DNA of 64,000 nt, taken from positions 28,559 through 92,558 of IMG/VR virus record IMGVR_UViG_2773857716_000001; one strand, 5' to 3'. Below are positions 26,738 to 38,512 of the stretch, one piece after another. The position numbers were made by a program, and so were the translations under genes. Source of the DNA: a virus (Duplodnaviria > Caudoviricetes). The notes below the pieces were generated by a model. The model was given only the letters and a program-made list of their open reading frames with translations, was not told the origin of the DNA and made no database searches. Numbering within the stretch: position 1 is the first letter of the stretch; every line of letters begins with the position of its first letter.

Positions 26738-27678
26738 CAGTACGGCGCCTCGAAGAATTCGACGTCCGCAATGATCGTGGTGCTGGAGTCGACGGAGAAC
26801 TTGCCGGCGTTGCCGGAGAATCCGGCGACCTGGAGGCGCAGGAGCTGGCTGGTGCCGCGGTAGGTGTCGGGGATGAGGAGGTTGTCGCCGAGGACGACGG
26901 TGGCGCGGCGGACGCCGGTGCCCTGGTTGTCGTCGAGGATGACCTGCTGGACGGTGAGGGATGCTCCGAAGGTGGCGCGGAGCTGTCCGAAGATGGTGCC
27001 GGTGCTGTAGCGGATCTGGCCCACGTCGATCTTGATTTTGACGCGGGCTGCCCAGGTGGGGATGGCGAAGTTCCAGCCCGCGGCGGTGCTGAAGTACGAG
27101 TAGGTGCCGCTGCTCCCGGAGATTTCGGTGGACAGGGAGCCCGGGGACTGGAGCTGCATCTGCCGGTCGCGGCGAGGGTTGGCGATGCTCCGCAGGTCCG
27201 TGATCATCGCGTTGGTGATGATCGACGTGGAGGCCGGTATGTCGATGCGGGCCAGCGGGATCGCCGTACGCGCATCCGGGATGACGGTGGCGGTGCTGGT
27301 GACGTTGGAGATGACCTGGAAGTACTCGATCTGATCGACGAGTGGGTCGAGACTGCTGCCGCCGTATTCGGGGTCTTCGACACGCAACACGATCATGTCG
27401 GAGCGTGGGCTCCCGCCCGTCGGGGCGATGTCCATCGTCTCGGTGCCGACGTTGCACACTGCGTAGGAGCCCTGGAAGGTGTTGTCGCGGCCGCGGATGA
27501 TGCCGGATCCGTCAGATATCTGCACCTGGCTGCCGGGCGTGGACAGGGCGGTGACCTTCAGGTCGTCGCCTTCGGTGATGCCCTCGGAGCCGCGGGCCAG
27601 GTCTCGCACGAGCATGCGGAACTGCTGTGCTGAGTGGTACGCGCCATCGGTCATGATCGGCGCTTGGAACAGGGCCAT
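26737..27678 (-). CDS. minor tail protein
   Basis: Start MALFQAP; RSDMIVLRVEDPEY, IPLARIDIPA; synteny. Confidence 0.7.
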   Translation of the reverse strand: MALFQAPIMTDGAYHSAQQFRMLVRDLARGSEGITEGDDLKVTALSTPGSQVQISDGSGIIRGRDNTFQGSYAVCNVGTETMDIAPTGGSPRSDMIVLRVEDPEYGGSSLDPLVDQIEYFQVISNVTSTATVIPDARTAIPLARIDIPASTSIITNAMITDLRSIANPRRDRQMQLQSPGSLSTEISGSSGTYSYFSTAAGWNFAIPTWAARVKIKIDVGQIRYSTGTIFGQLRATFGASLTVQQVILDDNQGTGVRRATVVLGDNLLIPDTYRGTSQLLRLQVAGFSGNAGKFSVDSSTTIIADVEFFEAPY

Positions 27679-27686
27679 TGGTGCTC

Positions 27687-28589
27687 CTAGAGGGCGGTGT
27701 AGGCGTCGCGCCAGGTGACGCTGAGGCGGGCTGAGTTGGTCGGGTCGACAGCCGTCCACCGCATCTCGGACTGGCCAGGCGGTAGCGAGAACTGATCGAG
27801 GCGCGATGCCGGGGACAGGTACGTCTCGGCGTTGCCGCCGTTCTCCCGCACCACCGACAGACGGCCGGGACGGGTATCGAGCTCCACCCACTGCTCCGCG
27901 GTCAGCGTCAGCGTCGGCAGCGTCAGCGTGCGGCCGGATGCGACGTGCGTAATGGTGACGTTGCTGCACGGCCCCTGGATGCGCAGCACAGGCCAGGTGC
28001 TGCGGGTGCCCGCGTTGGTGACCCACCCGGGGCGTACCGCTGCCTCGGTGGCGGAGGTGACGAAGATCGGCGCGAAGACGGGTGCGGTGAAGCCGCCGCC
28101 AGTCATCCACCCCAAGGGGATGTCGACCGTTTGCTCGGCGTCCCCGTACCAGGTCGGGTCGGTGGCCTCGAAGGCCATGTCGACGGGGATGAAGCCGTGG
28201 ATGGCTGTGGCCATTTCCGGGGCGAGGCGGCGCAGGCGGCCGTTGACGCGGCGGGTGTCGCTGCCTGGCCGGCGGACGCGCAGCGGCATGGTGGCGCCGC
28301 CGACGAGCCGGATCGTGGGGTCGTCGGCGGCTGCCTGCATCTGCGCGAGGATCGCCTCACAGGCCGGGCCGTTCCCGGGGACGCGGATATTGGCGTCGAA
28401 CTCGATGGTGCGGGCCGTGTAGTAGTCCGGGCCCGGGAACGCGCCGTCGGCGGACGGCTGGTCGACGTCGCTGTCGCGTGTACCCGGCCAGCCCAGGCCG
28501 GTGATCTCTTTGAACCGGACCGGCGTGCCGGTGCCCATGAGGATTCCGCCGAGGTCCCACTGTCCTTCTTCCAGGTCAATGTCCGGCAC
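27687..28589 (-). CDS. distal tail (Dit-like) protein
   Basis: Directly after the tape measure gene; DGAFPGPDYY, FEATDPTWY, NAGTRSTWP. Confidence 0.75.
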   Translation of the reverse strand: MPDIDLEEGQWDLGGILMGTGTPVRFKEITGLGWPGTRDSDVDQPSADGAFPGPDYYTARTIEFDANIRVPGNGPACEAILAQMQAAADDPTIRLVGGATMPLRVRRPGSDTRRVNGRLRRLAPEMATAIHGFIPVDMAFEATDPTWYGDAEQTVDIPLGWMTGGGFTAPVFAPIFVTSATEAAVRPGWVTNAGTRSTWPVLRIQGPCSNVTITHVASGRTLTLPTLTLTAEQWVELDTRPGRLSVVRENGGNAETYLSPASRLDQFSLPPGQSEMRWTAVDPTNSARLSVTWRDAYTAL

Positions 28590-31500
28590 GGGCTGCCACC
28601 CCTCCCCGCTTGGCGCGCCGCATCTGACGGCCGACCTGGTGGCCGATGTCGTAGGCGGAGGCGTTGGTCTTGGTCACCGGGACGTTCACAGTGGTGGGGC
28701 CTTCCTGGCTGATGACGACGATGCGGCCGGCGTTGGCGTCGGTGAGGCCGACGCCGAAGCGGTGGGCGACGTCGCCGAGGACCGCGGTGGCGGAGGCGCG
28801 CTTGTTGGCGCCGAGGGGGATGTACGCCTCGCCGCCGGTGGAGGGTTCGGCGAACGTGACGGCGCCGGTGCGGGTGCCGTAGATACCGGGGCGGATGCCG
28901 CCGTTGGCGTAGCTCAAGCCCTTCTGCGCGCGGGCCAGGTCGACGAGGAATTTCGTCGAGCGGGAGCCGAGGCTGCTCTTGATCTGGGCACTGGCCTTGG
29001 TGGCGACAGTAACGATGTCGTCCTCGCCCAGGCCCGTGGCTGCGGCGACGTCGTGGATGCCGGTCTTGCTGGTCTTGACCGCGGCGATGATCTGCACGAG
29101 CTGCGCGATCTGCTCGGAGGAGAGCGCATTGTTTGCCGCGGTAGCGGCCCTGTTCGCCGAGGACGCCTTTCCCTTGTCCTTGACCGCGGCGGCCGCCAGG
29201 GCTTCAGCGTCCTGGTCGTTCTGCGAGGCGAGACGCGTAGCGAGAGCCCCGTAGCCGCCGGCGGCGAGCTTGGTGAGGTTCGCCTGGAAGGTGGCCTGGT
29301 CCTTGACGGCGGCGTTCAGCTGGGAGGTGTACTCGCCCAGGGAGGCCCCTGGCGGAGGCGGCCAAATTCCGCAGCTGGGATGCCATGTCTTTCAAGTACT
29401 TCGACGAGCCGTGGGCCATGTTCTTCGTGAGGGCGATGCCTTCGTCGCCCATCTCGGCGAGGGCGTCGGCTACGTCCTGGCCGGCGCGGGATGCGACGGT
29501 GGCGAGGTCCTTGCGCCAGGCGTCGAGGGAGTTGTTCGAGGCTCGCAGTTTGCTGTTGAAGATGGAGAGGTTGAAGTTGCCTTTCTTGTCGTTCGAGGCG
29601 CTGATGAGCCCGGACAGGGTGTATCGCTGGGCTCCGGCTCCGGTGCCGGAGTAGGTGAAGTCGAGGCCGCCGCCGTCCGCGAACTGGGTGACGCTTCCCG
29701 CGGCGTTCCAGGCGATGCCCTTGCCGCCGAGTCGGCGCACGGTCTCCTCGGCTATCTTCCGAGACCGTGGGCGCTTCGACCTGGCCAAAGGGATGTAGCT
29801 CTCGCCCTGAGTTTCGTCCTCCGCCCACACTCGCCATTCGCCAGCGCGGGCGATCTGTGCGACGTGGTTCTCACGCCGCATGCCGCCGCCGGCGAAGCGG
29901 CTGACCTGGACGGAGCCGTCGGCCTGGTACCCGGAGGCGTAGGGGCCCGGGTTGGACTTGCGGACGATGGTGTCGATGAACGTCTTCTTGTAGACGCTGA
30001 TGGTCGCCGAGCTTCCGTGGACGCTGTTGATCGCGGATTGGATTGCTGCGACTTGAGACCTGGGCGTCCCCGTCGGCACGCTGACGACCACGGTTTTCCC
30101 GTTCGTCGACTGGATTTTGAAGCCGAGGAGTTCCAGCTGTCGGCGGCCCTCGGCGGTGGGGACGTTCATGGTGATGGTCTTGCCGTGCTGCTTCTCGACT
30201 GCAGCCTTGAGGTTTTGCAGATCGCGGAGCGCTCCAGCGGTCTTGGCGCTCATGCTGATGTTTTTGCCGCCCGGCACGGCCTGCATCTGCTTGAGCAGGT
30301 TCGCGAGGTCGGCTTTGGCCTGCCCGGTCTTGGCGGTGACCTTGTATTCGCGGGTGCCGGGGATCAGCTTGACGGTGTAGCCGAGTTCCTCGAGCTTCTT
30401 CTTCGCGTCGTCGGAGAGGGTGTCGACCTTGACGGTCTTCGACTTGGGGACCTTTGCGAACTCGGCCTGGACGGCGAGGAGCTCGGCGAGGGTGGAGTCG
30501 ACGCCCTTCGTCTGGAGCAGGATGCTGACTTGGCCGGGGATGAGGCCCATGGCGTCGGCAACGCCTTGCGCCTGCTTCGTCGACAGGCCGTAGCCCTCAC
30601 CCAGCTTGATGGCCGCATCGCGGGCCTTTTGCATCTCTGCCTGGGAGGCCTTGAGCTTTTCCGGGAGCCCTTTGCCCTGGGACTCCGCGAAGTCGTAGGC
30701 AGCAATCGCGGCGTCAGCGCTGCCGCTGGCAATGTTGTTGAGGGTGTTGAAGAGGCCCTGGCCGTTCTTCGTGGTGGTGTCGATCGTGCCGTTGGTCTTG
30801 ACGAGTGCCTTGCCCCAGCCGTCGGACTTCTTGACGCCGGTGGCCATCGCCTCGTTGGCCTGGGTGATGGCCTCGTTGACGCGGGCTTGGGCTGCCTGGA
30901 GGCTGATGCTGCCGCCGGAGAGCAGGTCGAGGCTCGCGCGCAGGGCGCGGGTGCGGGAGTCGGCGTCCCCGGTCTTGTCGGCGAGGGCCGCGACGCTGTC
31001 CTTCAGCTGCTGGTAGGCCGAGACTCCCTCGCCTGAGCCCTTCTGTGCTGCGGCGAGCTCCTTCGCGGACTGCACCGAGTCCTTCATCTCTCCCTTCATG
31101 CCGGAGAGGGCTTCGGCCGCGTCCTTCGCGGACTTACCTACGGGGTCGATGTCGGTTGCCACGCCACCGCCGGAGCTGACGGTGACCTTGGTGTGGGCCT
31201 CGGCGACCGCTTCCAGCTGCTTTTGGAGACTGCCGAGGCTTTTGCCTTCGCCCAGGTAGGAGCTGGTCAGGTCTTTCAGCGTGACGCCGGAGCGGCGCAT
31301 CACGTCGACGAGTTTTTGGCGGCCGCCGCCGACCTTCATGTCCTGGATCTGCTGGGCGGCGACGGCGCGGACGTTGTCGTCGACGGCGCCCTTGGACTCG
31401 CGCAGGGCCTGGGAGAGGTTCGCGATCCGCTGGTCGTGCTCTGCGGCGGCCTGGGCTGCTTTCTGCTGTGCGCTGGCGAGGAAGCCCAGGGCGACGGTTG

Positions 31501-33781
31501 CGCCGGCGATGGCTACGCCCCAGGGGCCGCCCATAGCGGCGGTGAGGCCGGACATTGCTCCGCGCAAGCCGGTACCTGCTGCGGCAGCGACGCCGCGGAG
31601 TGTGCCGGTGAACCCGGATCCGGCGGCGGCCGCGGTCCGGAAGCTGCCAGCCATCCGGCCGATGATCGGCACCCGGTCTTGGAGGACAGCGAATGCCGCA
31701 CCGTAGCGGGAGAGGGACTGGCCGGCTGCACCAGCCAGGGTTCGCTGGTAGGCCATCTGCTGTGACAGGGACTGGAAGGCTCCGGTGACACGGCCGCGGA
31801 CGGTGTTGGCGATGTTGGACAGGGGGCCCTGGACGCGGCGGAAGAGGAACATTGCGGCGACGGCTGCCTGTACTGGTCCGGGGAGGGAACCGAAGGCCGA
31901 GACGATGCCACCAACGAGGTGGCCGATGGGCCCGAGGACTCCGGAGAGCCAGCCCAGTACGGAGAGGATCGCGTCGAGAGCCATGGTGGCGATGTCGATA
32001 GCGGAGCCCAGGCCGGACGATCCGTGGGCGAGGGAGGAGAAGCCGCTCACGACGGGCTGGATGAAGGAAACGACGTTGTCGAACACTTGACCGGCGGTGT
32101 CGCCGATGGACAGAAGAACGTGCAGGACCTGGGCGAGGGCGTGCTCACCGAAGTCCTTGAGGGGGCCGACCATTCCGGACACGCTCTTGCCGATGGCGGA
32201 GAACTTGCTGGACAGGGCGGCGCCGACCTCCGGGCCGAAGAGCGTGGCGGCGCTGTTGAGGTACTGGAAGAACTTTTCGATCTTCGGGGTGGCGGCGGAC
32301 AGTCCCTTGGTGATGCCGCGGGTCATCCACTCCATCCCGGGGGCCATGCCCTGGTAGATGGCGAGTCCGGTCTGGCGTGCCTGGGTTTTGAGGCCGAGCA
32401 TGGCGCCGGCGAGACCCTTGCCCTTGGCGGCGGCGATGTCGGCGGCCGATCCGGTGCCCTTTACGGCGGCCATGAGGTTATCGAAGCTGTCGACGCCCTG
32501 GTGGGCCATGGCGATCGCGCCGGACATCGCGGGCTTGCCCATGGACTTCTTGACGGCGGCCGCGAAATCCTGCTGCGTCATCTTGTGCTGGGCCTTGGAC
32601 AGGCCGTCGATGACGTAACGCAGGCCCTTGAACTGCCCGGAGGCGTCCCACGCCTCGATACCCATGGCCTTGAGGCCTTCGATCATCTGCGGGGTGGGCG
32701 CAGCCAAGTTGGCCATCATGCCGCGGAGCGTCGTACCGGCGGTCTGACCGAGGATGCCCGCCTTGCCGAGCATGCCGACCGCGGAGGCGGTCTCCTCGAT
32801 GCTGACGCCGAGCCCGTGCGCGACCGGCCCGGCGTATTTCATCGCGTAGTAGATGTCTTTGATGTCACCGGACGCGGCGTTGGCGGTGGAGGCCAGGGTG
32901 TCGGCGGCGCGGGAGGCCTGGTCGGCACCCATGCCGAACTGGTCCATGATGTCGCCGAGGTATTTTGCGCTGTCGGCGGCGTTGACCTGCGCTGCGGACG
33001 CCAGACGCAGGGATGCGCCGGTCGCCGAGATGGCCTGATCGGTGCGGAAGCCGGCCTTCGCGAGCTCGACCATGGCCTCGGCGGCGTCGCCGGCGGTGGC
33101 ACCGGGCAGGGACAGGTCGTTGCCGAGCTGGTTGGCAGTCGCGGCGGCCCGCTTCATCTGCATCTGCGTGGCACCGGTCACCGCGCCGAACGCGTTCATC
33201 TGCTGCTGGTATTCGTTGCCCTCTTTGACCATCCCGGCCAGGCCCATGACCAGCGCCCCGCCGGACAGGAGCGCGGCCATGCTGCGGAGCTGGCCGTGGG
33301 CGCGGCCGGTCTCGCCGGCGAAGCGGCGCATGGAGGAGATGCCTCGGGAGCCGACCCGGTCGGTTTGGGTGGCGGCAGTGCGGGCGGCGACGGTGAGGCG
33401 CTGGAGGTCGCGGACGGCGGTGGTGAGCTGGCTGCGCATGCGGGCGATGTCGCGGGCCGCGTTGCGGCTGTTGGAGCCGAGACGGTCCATGTTGCGCTGT
33501 GCGGTGCGGGCGGCGTCGCCGTAACGGCCCAGGTTGCGGGCGGTGGTGCGGGCGTTGTTGCCGAGGCGCTGGATGTCGCGGGCCGCGTTGCGGGCCTCGC
33601 GGCCGAGGGAGCGGAGGTTGCCGCGGGCGGACCGTGCGGCGGTGTCGAGTTCGCGGACGCCGGTGCGGGCGCGGGTGAGGGACTGGTCGAGGGTTCGGGC
33701 GTGGGTGGCGGACTCGCGGAGGGCGCGGGCCAGTGACGTGCCGTTGCCCCGCAGGTCAACGGACAGGTTCCAGTTCGCCAC
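28576..33781 (-). CDS. tape measure protein, split by a 1-nt frameshift near 29346-29349
   Basis: TP901-type core (ELAKAG, MKYAGPVA, AGTTLR). The 1525-aa ORF loses sense after AASAR; deleting one G continues as ASLGEYTSQL... into the 28576-29097 ORF. Confidence 0.85.
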
Positions 33782-33796
33782 CGGGCCCGCTCCCTT

Positions 33797-34743
33797 CTAT
33801 TCGTCGTCTTCGAACTTGCGGCGCTGCTTGGCTTGGAGCTGCTTCATCGCTTCGGTCGCGGCGTGCACCGAAGCCGGGATGAGCAGGACTTTCTTGCCGT
33901 GGCTGCTGGAGTCGTCGGTCTTGAGGGAGTCCTGTTTGTCGGCGATGGTCTGGCAGCCGATGCACAGGTGGGTGATGGCGACGTAGGCGTCCTCGGTGTC
34001 GTCGTCGCCGCCCTGGTCCCAGTCCTCTGCTCGGGTGCCGCACTGCGAGCACACCGAGCGTTGGTAGTCGCGGTAGGCGAGGGCCTTGGCGCGGTCGCGG
34101 GATGTCCAGGTGCCGTCGCCGATGCCGCGGAACTGGCTGTGCGGGATGCCCCACCGGTCGCACAGTTCGAGCTCGCCGCGTAGTCGCGCATCGGCGATCA
34201 GCCTTTTCCCAGGTCCAGGCGCGACTCCAACTGCACGTTCCAGGCAGTGGAGAACAGGGCGCCGGCCTCGGCGTCGGACCAGGTGTCGAGGAATTCGCGG
34301 GCCTGCTCCTCGGTCATGCCGTCGAGGTTGGAGGCCGCGACGAGGGCGGGGCCGAGGGTGTTGGCGTTGATTTCGAAGCCGTCCTCGGCCTGCTCCTCGG
34401 TTGGTGGGTGGGCCTTCTTCAGCGCGTCGAGGGCGGCGCGCTCCAGTGCCCGAAACGTCAGGACGATGGAGGCCTCGTCGACGGCGGCCTGCGCCTTGGC
34501 GACCGCAGCGTCGGCCGTCTTGACGGCCTTCTTCGCTTCGGGCGAGGTGTCGTCCTCGGCGAGGCGCTTGGCGTTGCGCTGCTCGTACTGCGCGAGACCG
34601 AGGGCGGTCTTGGCGGCCTGGTCGTCGCAGATGGTGAGCGTGGCGGTGGGGCGCTGCCGGTTGCGCAGGCGCTCCAGGGTGGTGGCCCAGTGGGCGTCCT
34701 TGGCGACGGCGTCGGCCGGGGGCTGGGGCAGGGTGGTGGTCAT
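33797..34743 (-). CDS. tail assembly chaperone pair (G 34198-34743; GT via -1 frameshift)
   Basis: GGGAAAA slippery site at 34204-34210 just before the stop; the -1 frame continues GKRLIADARL... to 33797. Confidence 0.8.
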
Positions 34744-34827
34744 GGTGTTCTCCAGTGGGAAGGGGCCCGGCCGGCACCGCGGCGCCCCTTCCCAAAAGCG
34801 GAGGGCGCCGGCCGGGGGCTGGGTGGG

Positions 34828-35301
34828 TCAGGTGGCGGCCGGGACGGCTGCGCCCTGTACCGGGGTGTCGGTGATGCTGAACTTCGCCGTCCACTTGGCG
34901 GCCTCGTTGTCGGCGGTGATTTCCGAGCTGCGGGAGGCGACACGCACCGGGTAGACGTCCATGGACATGCTGGCGGGGACGTCGCCCTTGCGGAGGATGA
35001 TGATGAAGCCGACGGTGCCCTTTGCCAGGGCTTCTTCGAGGTCGCTGTCGGTGTCGTCCTCGTAGAACGTCAGCGACGAGTCGGCGGCCTGGTCGGAGCC
35101 GGGGATCTTGGAGTCGAAGGTGGACTCCATGTCGGGGGTTTCGATCTCCTGGTTTTCCAGGGAGAACCCGTCGACAGCGGCGATGGCCTTGGTCAGCTTG
35201 GTGGCGCCGGTGATCTCGGCGCGGGTGGGGATGTAGCTGGTGGAGGTGATGGTTTCGGCGAACAGGATCTTCGTTACGCCCTTGCGGGAAAACCTGGCCA
35301 T
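34828..35301 (-). CDS. major tail (tube) protein
   Basis: MARFSRKGVTK...; position before the chaperones. Confidence 0.8.
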   Translation of the reverse strand: MARFSRKGVTKILFAETITSTSYIPTRAEITGATKLTKAIAAVDGFSLENQEIETPDMESTFDSKIPGSDQAADSSLTFYEDDTDSDLEEALAKGTVGFIIILRKGDVPASMSMDVYPVRVASRSSEITADNEAAKWTAKFSITDTPVQGAAVPAAT

Positions 35302-35423
35302 GAGGTGGGCCCCTTGTCCCGGGGCCGGTCGTGGCCCCTTCACGTGATGTGTGGGTGTTCGGCCACTGGGTGGCGCGTCCGCGAAAGGGGCCGCCGCGGT
35401 GCGGTGAAGTGCCTGACCGTGGG

Positions 35424-35879
35424 TCAGGCGGCGGTCAGGTCGAAACGAAACCGCTGCACATAGCTGATGATGCCATCGGTGGGATCATTCATTGCCCCGA
35501 CCTCGACCTCCAGTTCCCGGCACATGCACGCGGCGCCGGCGACGGCGAGGCGGTTCGTCCACTGGCCGGTCGAGGGGTTGCGGGCTAGAAACGCGGCGCG
35601 GGCTTTGTCGGCGAGGCCTTCGGCTTGCTCGAGGGTGCCGACGGACCCGGGGCGCGTCCTGTCTGGGGCGGAGACGCTGGTGACCTGGACGACGAGGGAC
35701 AGGTCCTCGTTCATGTCGGCGAAGGGGGCGCCGGACAGGGTGGAGTCCAGGGGGGTGAGGACGTAGTAGGCGGTGGCGTTGGCGGGGCTGGCCGGCAGGA
35801 CGCCGCGGCCGACGGGCAGGCTGGTGGCCGTGCCGAGGAGGGCGGCGAGGGCGTTGGTGACGGTCCGGCGTTCGATCAC
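35424..35879 (-). CDS. tail terminator-like protein
   Basis: Synteny; GTG start overlapping the upstream stop. Confidence 0.65.
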   Translation of the reverse strand: MIERRTVTNALAALLGTATSLPVGRGVLPASPANATAYYVLTPLDSTLSGAPFADMNEDLSLVVQVTSVSAPDRTRPGSVGTLEQAEGLADKARAAFLARNPSTGQWTNRLAVAGAACMCRELEVEVGAMNDPTDGIISYVQRFRFDLTAA

Positions 35880-36262
35880 CGCAGGGCCTCCGCGACGGCG
35901 GACATCATCCCGAAGTGCAGCGCCGCGGTCATCGCGGGCAGGGACGGCTGGACGTGTGGGAACGGCGGCTGGTTGTATACGCGGCCCAGGCTGTCGGCGC
36001 CGACGAAGCCGAATTCGAGGCGGCGGCCGTACGGTTCCATGGTGCCGATGGTGCACTGCGCGCCGTGCGGAAGGTGCCGCTTCTCGATCTGCCAGCTGTT
36101 GCGGTAGAAGCCGGTGATGACGTTCGGTCCTGGGCGGCCGGAGGCGTGCCCTTTGATCTGGGCGCGGCCGAGCTCGGCGGCGTGTTCTACGCCGTGTGCG
36201 ATGGCGGGGCCGATGCGCAGCGCGGCCGCCTCAAGACGGGCGGCCAGCTGGTCGGGCGTCAT
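35876..36262 (-). CDS. HK97 gp10-like neck protein
   Basis: PNVITGFYRNSW...YGRRLEFG...PHVQPS. Confidence 0.8.
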   Translation of the reverse strand: MTPDQLAARLEAAALRIGPAIAHGVEHAAELGRAQIKGHASGRPGPNVITGFYRNSWQIEKRHLPHGAQCTIGTMEPYGRRLEFGFVGADSLGRVYNQPPFPHVQPSLPAMTAALHFGMMSAVAEALR

Positions 36263-36708
36263 ACGGCCTCCCGCGGAGCCTGGTTCTGGTCGAGTGGGGT
36301 GATGCGGACGACCTCCGTGGTGGCGGCGCGGGCCGGGTCCTGCGTGATCCAGGACCGGCCGAGGAGCGCCGTGTTTGCGACGTTGTGGACGCTGACGACG
36401 GTGACGATGGCGTCCTTGGGGGCGAGCGGCGCGGACAGCGGCGTCATCAGCCGGTAGCGGGACTTTGTCTCCTGCACCCACATCTGCCCGGCATCGGGCG
36501 TGGCGCTGATCTCCGACTGGGCGGTACCGCCCTGCACCGCCCCCGGCCCCTCGTACAGCACGTCGCCCTCGGGGTATTCGTTCTGCCCGGTGTCAGGGTT
36601 GTAGACCGGGCCGCCGGTGGCGGGCAGCGTGATGCGGATCGTGTCCACCAGGAGATTGGTGTTGATCCAGCGGACGGCGCCCGCCAGCGCGGCATCAAGG
36701 CTGGCCAT
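36259..36708 (-). CDS. head closure / DUF6093-like protein
   Basis: YNPDTG...VLYEGPGAVQ; synteny. Confidence 0.7.
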   Translation of the reverse strand: MASLDAALAGAVRWINTNLLVDTIRITLPATGGPVYNPDTGQNEYPEGDVLYEGPGAVQGGTAQSEISATPDAGQMWVQETKSRYRLMTPLSAPLAPKDAIVTVVSVHNVANTALLGRSWITQDPARAATTEVVRITPLDQNQAPREAV

Positions 36709-37085
36709 CAGGCTCCTCCCCTCTCCTCGGCCCAGTCCATGAGCTGGGCGAGCATCGCCCGGGTGAGGGCGTAGCGCTCGTCCTCGAGGTCGTCGCTGTC
36801 CAGGGCCGCCTGCTCTAGCTCGGCGGGGTTGACGGTGCGCAGGAACGCGCGGATCGCCTCGGCGGGCGGCGTGGTGTCGGCGACCATGACGTGCGCCAGG
36901 CCCTCGAAGGTGACGCCGGCGGGCTGCCGGGTGTGCACGAGCATCTGTGGGAGGGTGCTGTGTACGTCGTGCTGGAGGGTGTAGCCGATGACGTCGGGCC
37001 CGATCTCGGTGCCGTCGAGGCGGATGCTGACGCTGCCGGGCTGCGCGTCGATCCGGACCCCATGCGCGGTGGGCTCAGTGGGCAT
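36708..37085 (-). CDS. hypothetical protein
   Basis: Coupled ORF in the head-tail operon. Confidence 0.6.
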   Translation of the reverse strand: MPTEPTAHGVRIDAQPGSVSIRLDGTEIGPDVIGYTLQHDVHSTLPQMLVHTRQPAGVTFEGLAHVMVADTTPPAEAIRAFLRTVNPAELEQAALDSDDLEDERYALTRAMLAQLMDWAEERGGA

Positions 37086-37254
37086 CTTGCCCCTCCTCCA
37101 TCTCTCGCCCGTCTAGGGAGTTGTGCACGACGACCCAGTTGATGGATCCGTCGTCGGCCTTTACGGGGCGTTCGGTGGGGCCGCACACGCAGGAGGTGCC
37201 TGTGTCTTCATGCTCGATCAGGTCGTTGATCGGGAGGACATGCATCGCGCTCAT
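37075..37254 (-). CDS. small His/Cys protein
   Basis: HVLPINDLIEH...CVCGP...VVHNSLDGRE. Confidence 0.55.
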   Translation of the reverse strand: MSAMHVLPINDLIEHEDTGTSCVCGPTERPVKADDGSINWVVVHNSLDGREMEEGQDAH

Positions 37255-38093
37255 GCAGGGTCTCCGTCTGCGATGTCGGGGCGGCCGGTGAGGTCGGGGC
37301 GGGGGTAGAACTCCCGGATGCAGCCGTGGTGAGCGCTGGGGTAGGTGGCGCATTCGTCGAGGGAGCGGAGGGTGCCGTCGGCGTGATCGGTGTCCGGGTG
37401 GCTCGTCCATCCGCACTCCGGGCCGTCCCGGACCTGCATCCACTCGGCGCCGAGCTCGTCGCGGGCGGTGTTGATCGCGCCGTGGTTGGCGGTGACGACG
37501 CCCTGCCAGGACAGGGCTGCTGCGGCCCAGGAGCGGACGGGGTGGCGGGCCTGGTTGGCGTAGATGACCGTGTCGAGTGGGTGCTCCTCGAGGAGCCGAT
37601 CTGTCTGGATGCCGAGGATGCTGCGGGCGGCGTCCTGCGCGGCGCGGGCGAAGGCCTGCGCGCGGCGGACGGCTTCGGTGATGCGGCGGATCAGGTCGCC
37701 CCAGAACGGCGCGGTGATTCCGGTGATGGCGGCCTGATGGGTCGCGGTCCAGGTGAACAGGTCACGGTTGGCTTCGGTGCGCTCGAGGGCGCGGACGGCG
37801 CCGTCGCGGTAGGCGACCGGCAGGTCCTGTGCGGCCCAGCGTTCGACGAAGGCTCGGGCGCGGCGGTCGAACTCCCCCACGTCGGCGTTGAACTCGACCA
37901 GCGCGGTGCGGATCTGCTGGGTGGCGCCCACCGTGTGGCCGCCTTGGATCTGGGCGAGGCGGGCGAGGAGGACGCGCTGGCTGGTGTGGAGGATGGACCA
38001 GGCGGTGGTGAGCTGGGCTGCGCCGGCGGCGATGAGGGCGGTGAGCTCTTCGCGGCCGTTGCGGGTGCGCTGGTCTTGGATGGGTGTGGTCAT
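37251..38093 (-). CDS. minor capsid / MuF-like head morphogenesis protein
   Basis: C-terminal DGPECGW...PSAHHGCIR. Confidence 0.6.
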   Translation of the reverse strand: MTTPIQDQRTRNGREELTALIAAGAAQLTTAWSILHTSQRVLLARLAQIQGGHTVGATQQIRTALVEFNADVGEFDRRARAFVERWAAQDLPVAYRDGAVRALERTEANRDLFTWTATHQAAITGITAPFWGDLIRRITEAVRRAQAFARAAQDAARSILGIQTDRLLEEHPLDTVIYANQARHPVRSWAAAALSWQGVVTANHGAINTARDELGAEWMQVRDGPECGWTSHPDTDHADGTLRSLDECATYPSAHHGCIREFYPRPDLTGRPDIADGDPA

Positions 38094-38428
38094 CGGCGGC
38101 GCCGCTCTACGAGCCGGATGATCCCGAACCTGTCGTCGCTGCTGGTGTTGGTGTCGGCGGGCTCGTCGGGGGCGGGCGGCGCGCCGTCGGCCTGGAGGGC
38201 GGCCATTTTGCGTTCCAGGGCGGCGAGGTTCGCAGTGGTGTTGAGGTTGACGACGGAGCTCACGCCGATGACGGTCGGCTGGGCGACGAGGTCGTTCCAG
38301 CGTTGCTGGAGGACGGTGAGTGCGACGGCGCGGGCTTTGCCGAGGCGGGCGTAGCGGGCTTCCAGGTCGGCGATGTCGGTGTCTTTGCCGAGCTGGTCGA
38401 GTAGCCAGTCGCGGATGGCTACGTCCAC
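38090..38428 (-). CDS. head-tail adaptor-like protein
   Basis: Synteny after the capsid genes. Confidence 0.55.
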   Translation of the reverse strand: MDVAIRDWLLDQLGKDTDIADLEARYARLGKARAVALTVLQQRWNDLVAQPTVIGVSSVVNLNTTANLAALERKMAALQADGAPPAPDEPADTNTSSDDRFGIIRLVERRRR

Positions 38429-38512
38429 TGCGGCCTCCAGGTGGTGCGGGTTGGGAAGGGTGGGGTGTGGGTGCGGGCCCTGAGCGCCCCTGCCGGGGCC
38501 CGCACCCGTGTG

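Noticed and set aside
34198-34215. Frameshift in the tail chaperone gene
   Set aside because: Standard programmed -1 frameshift of siphoviruses; annotated but not novel
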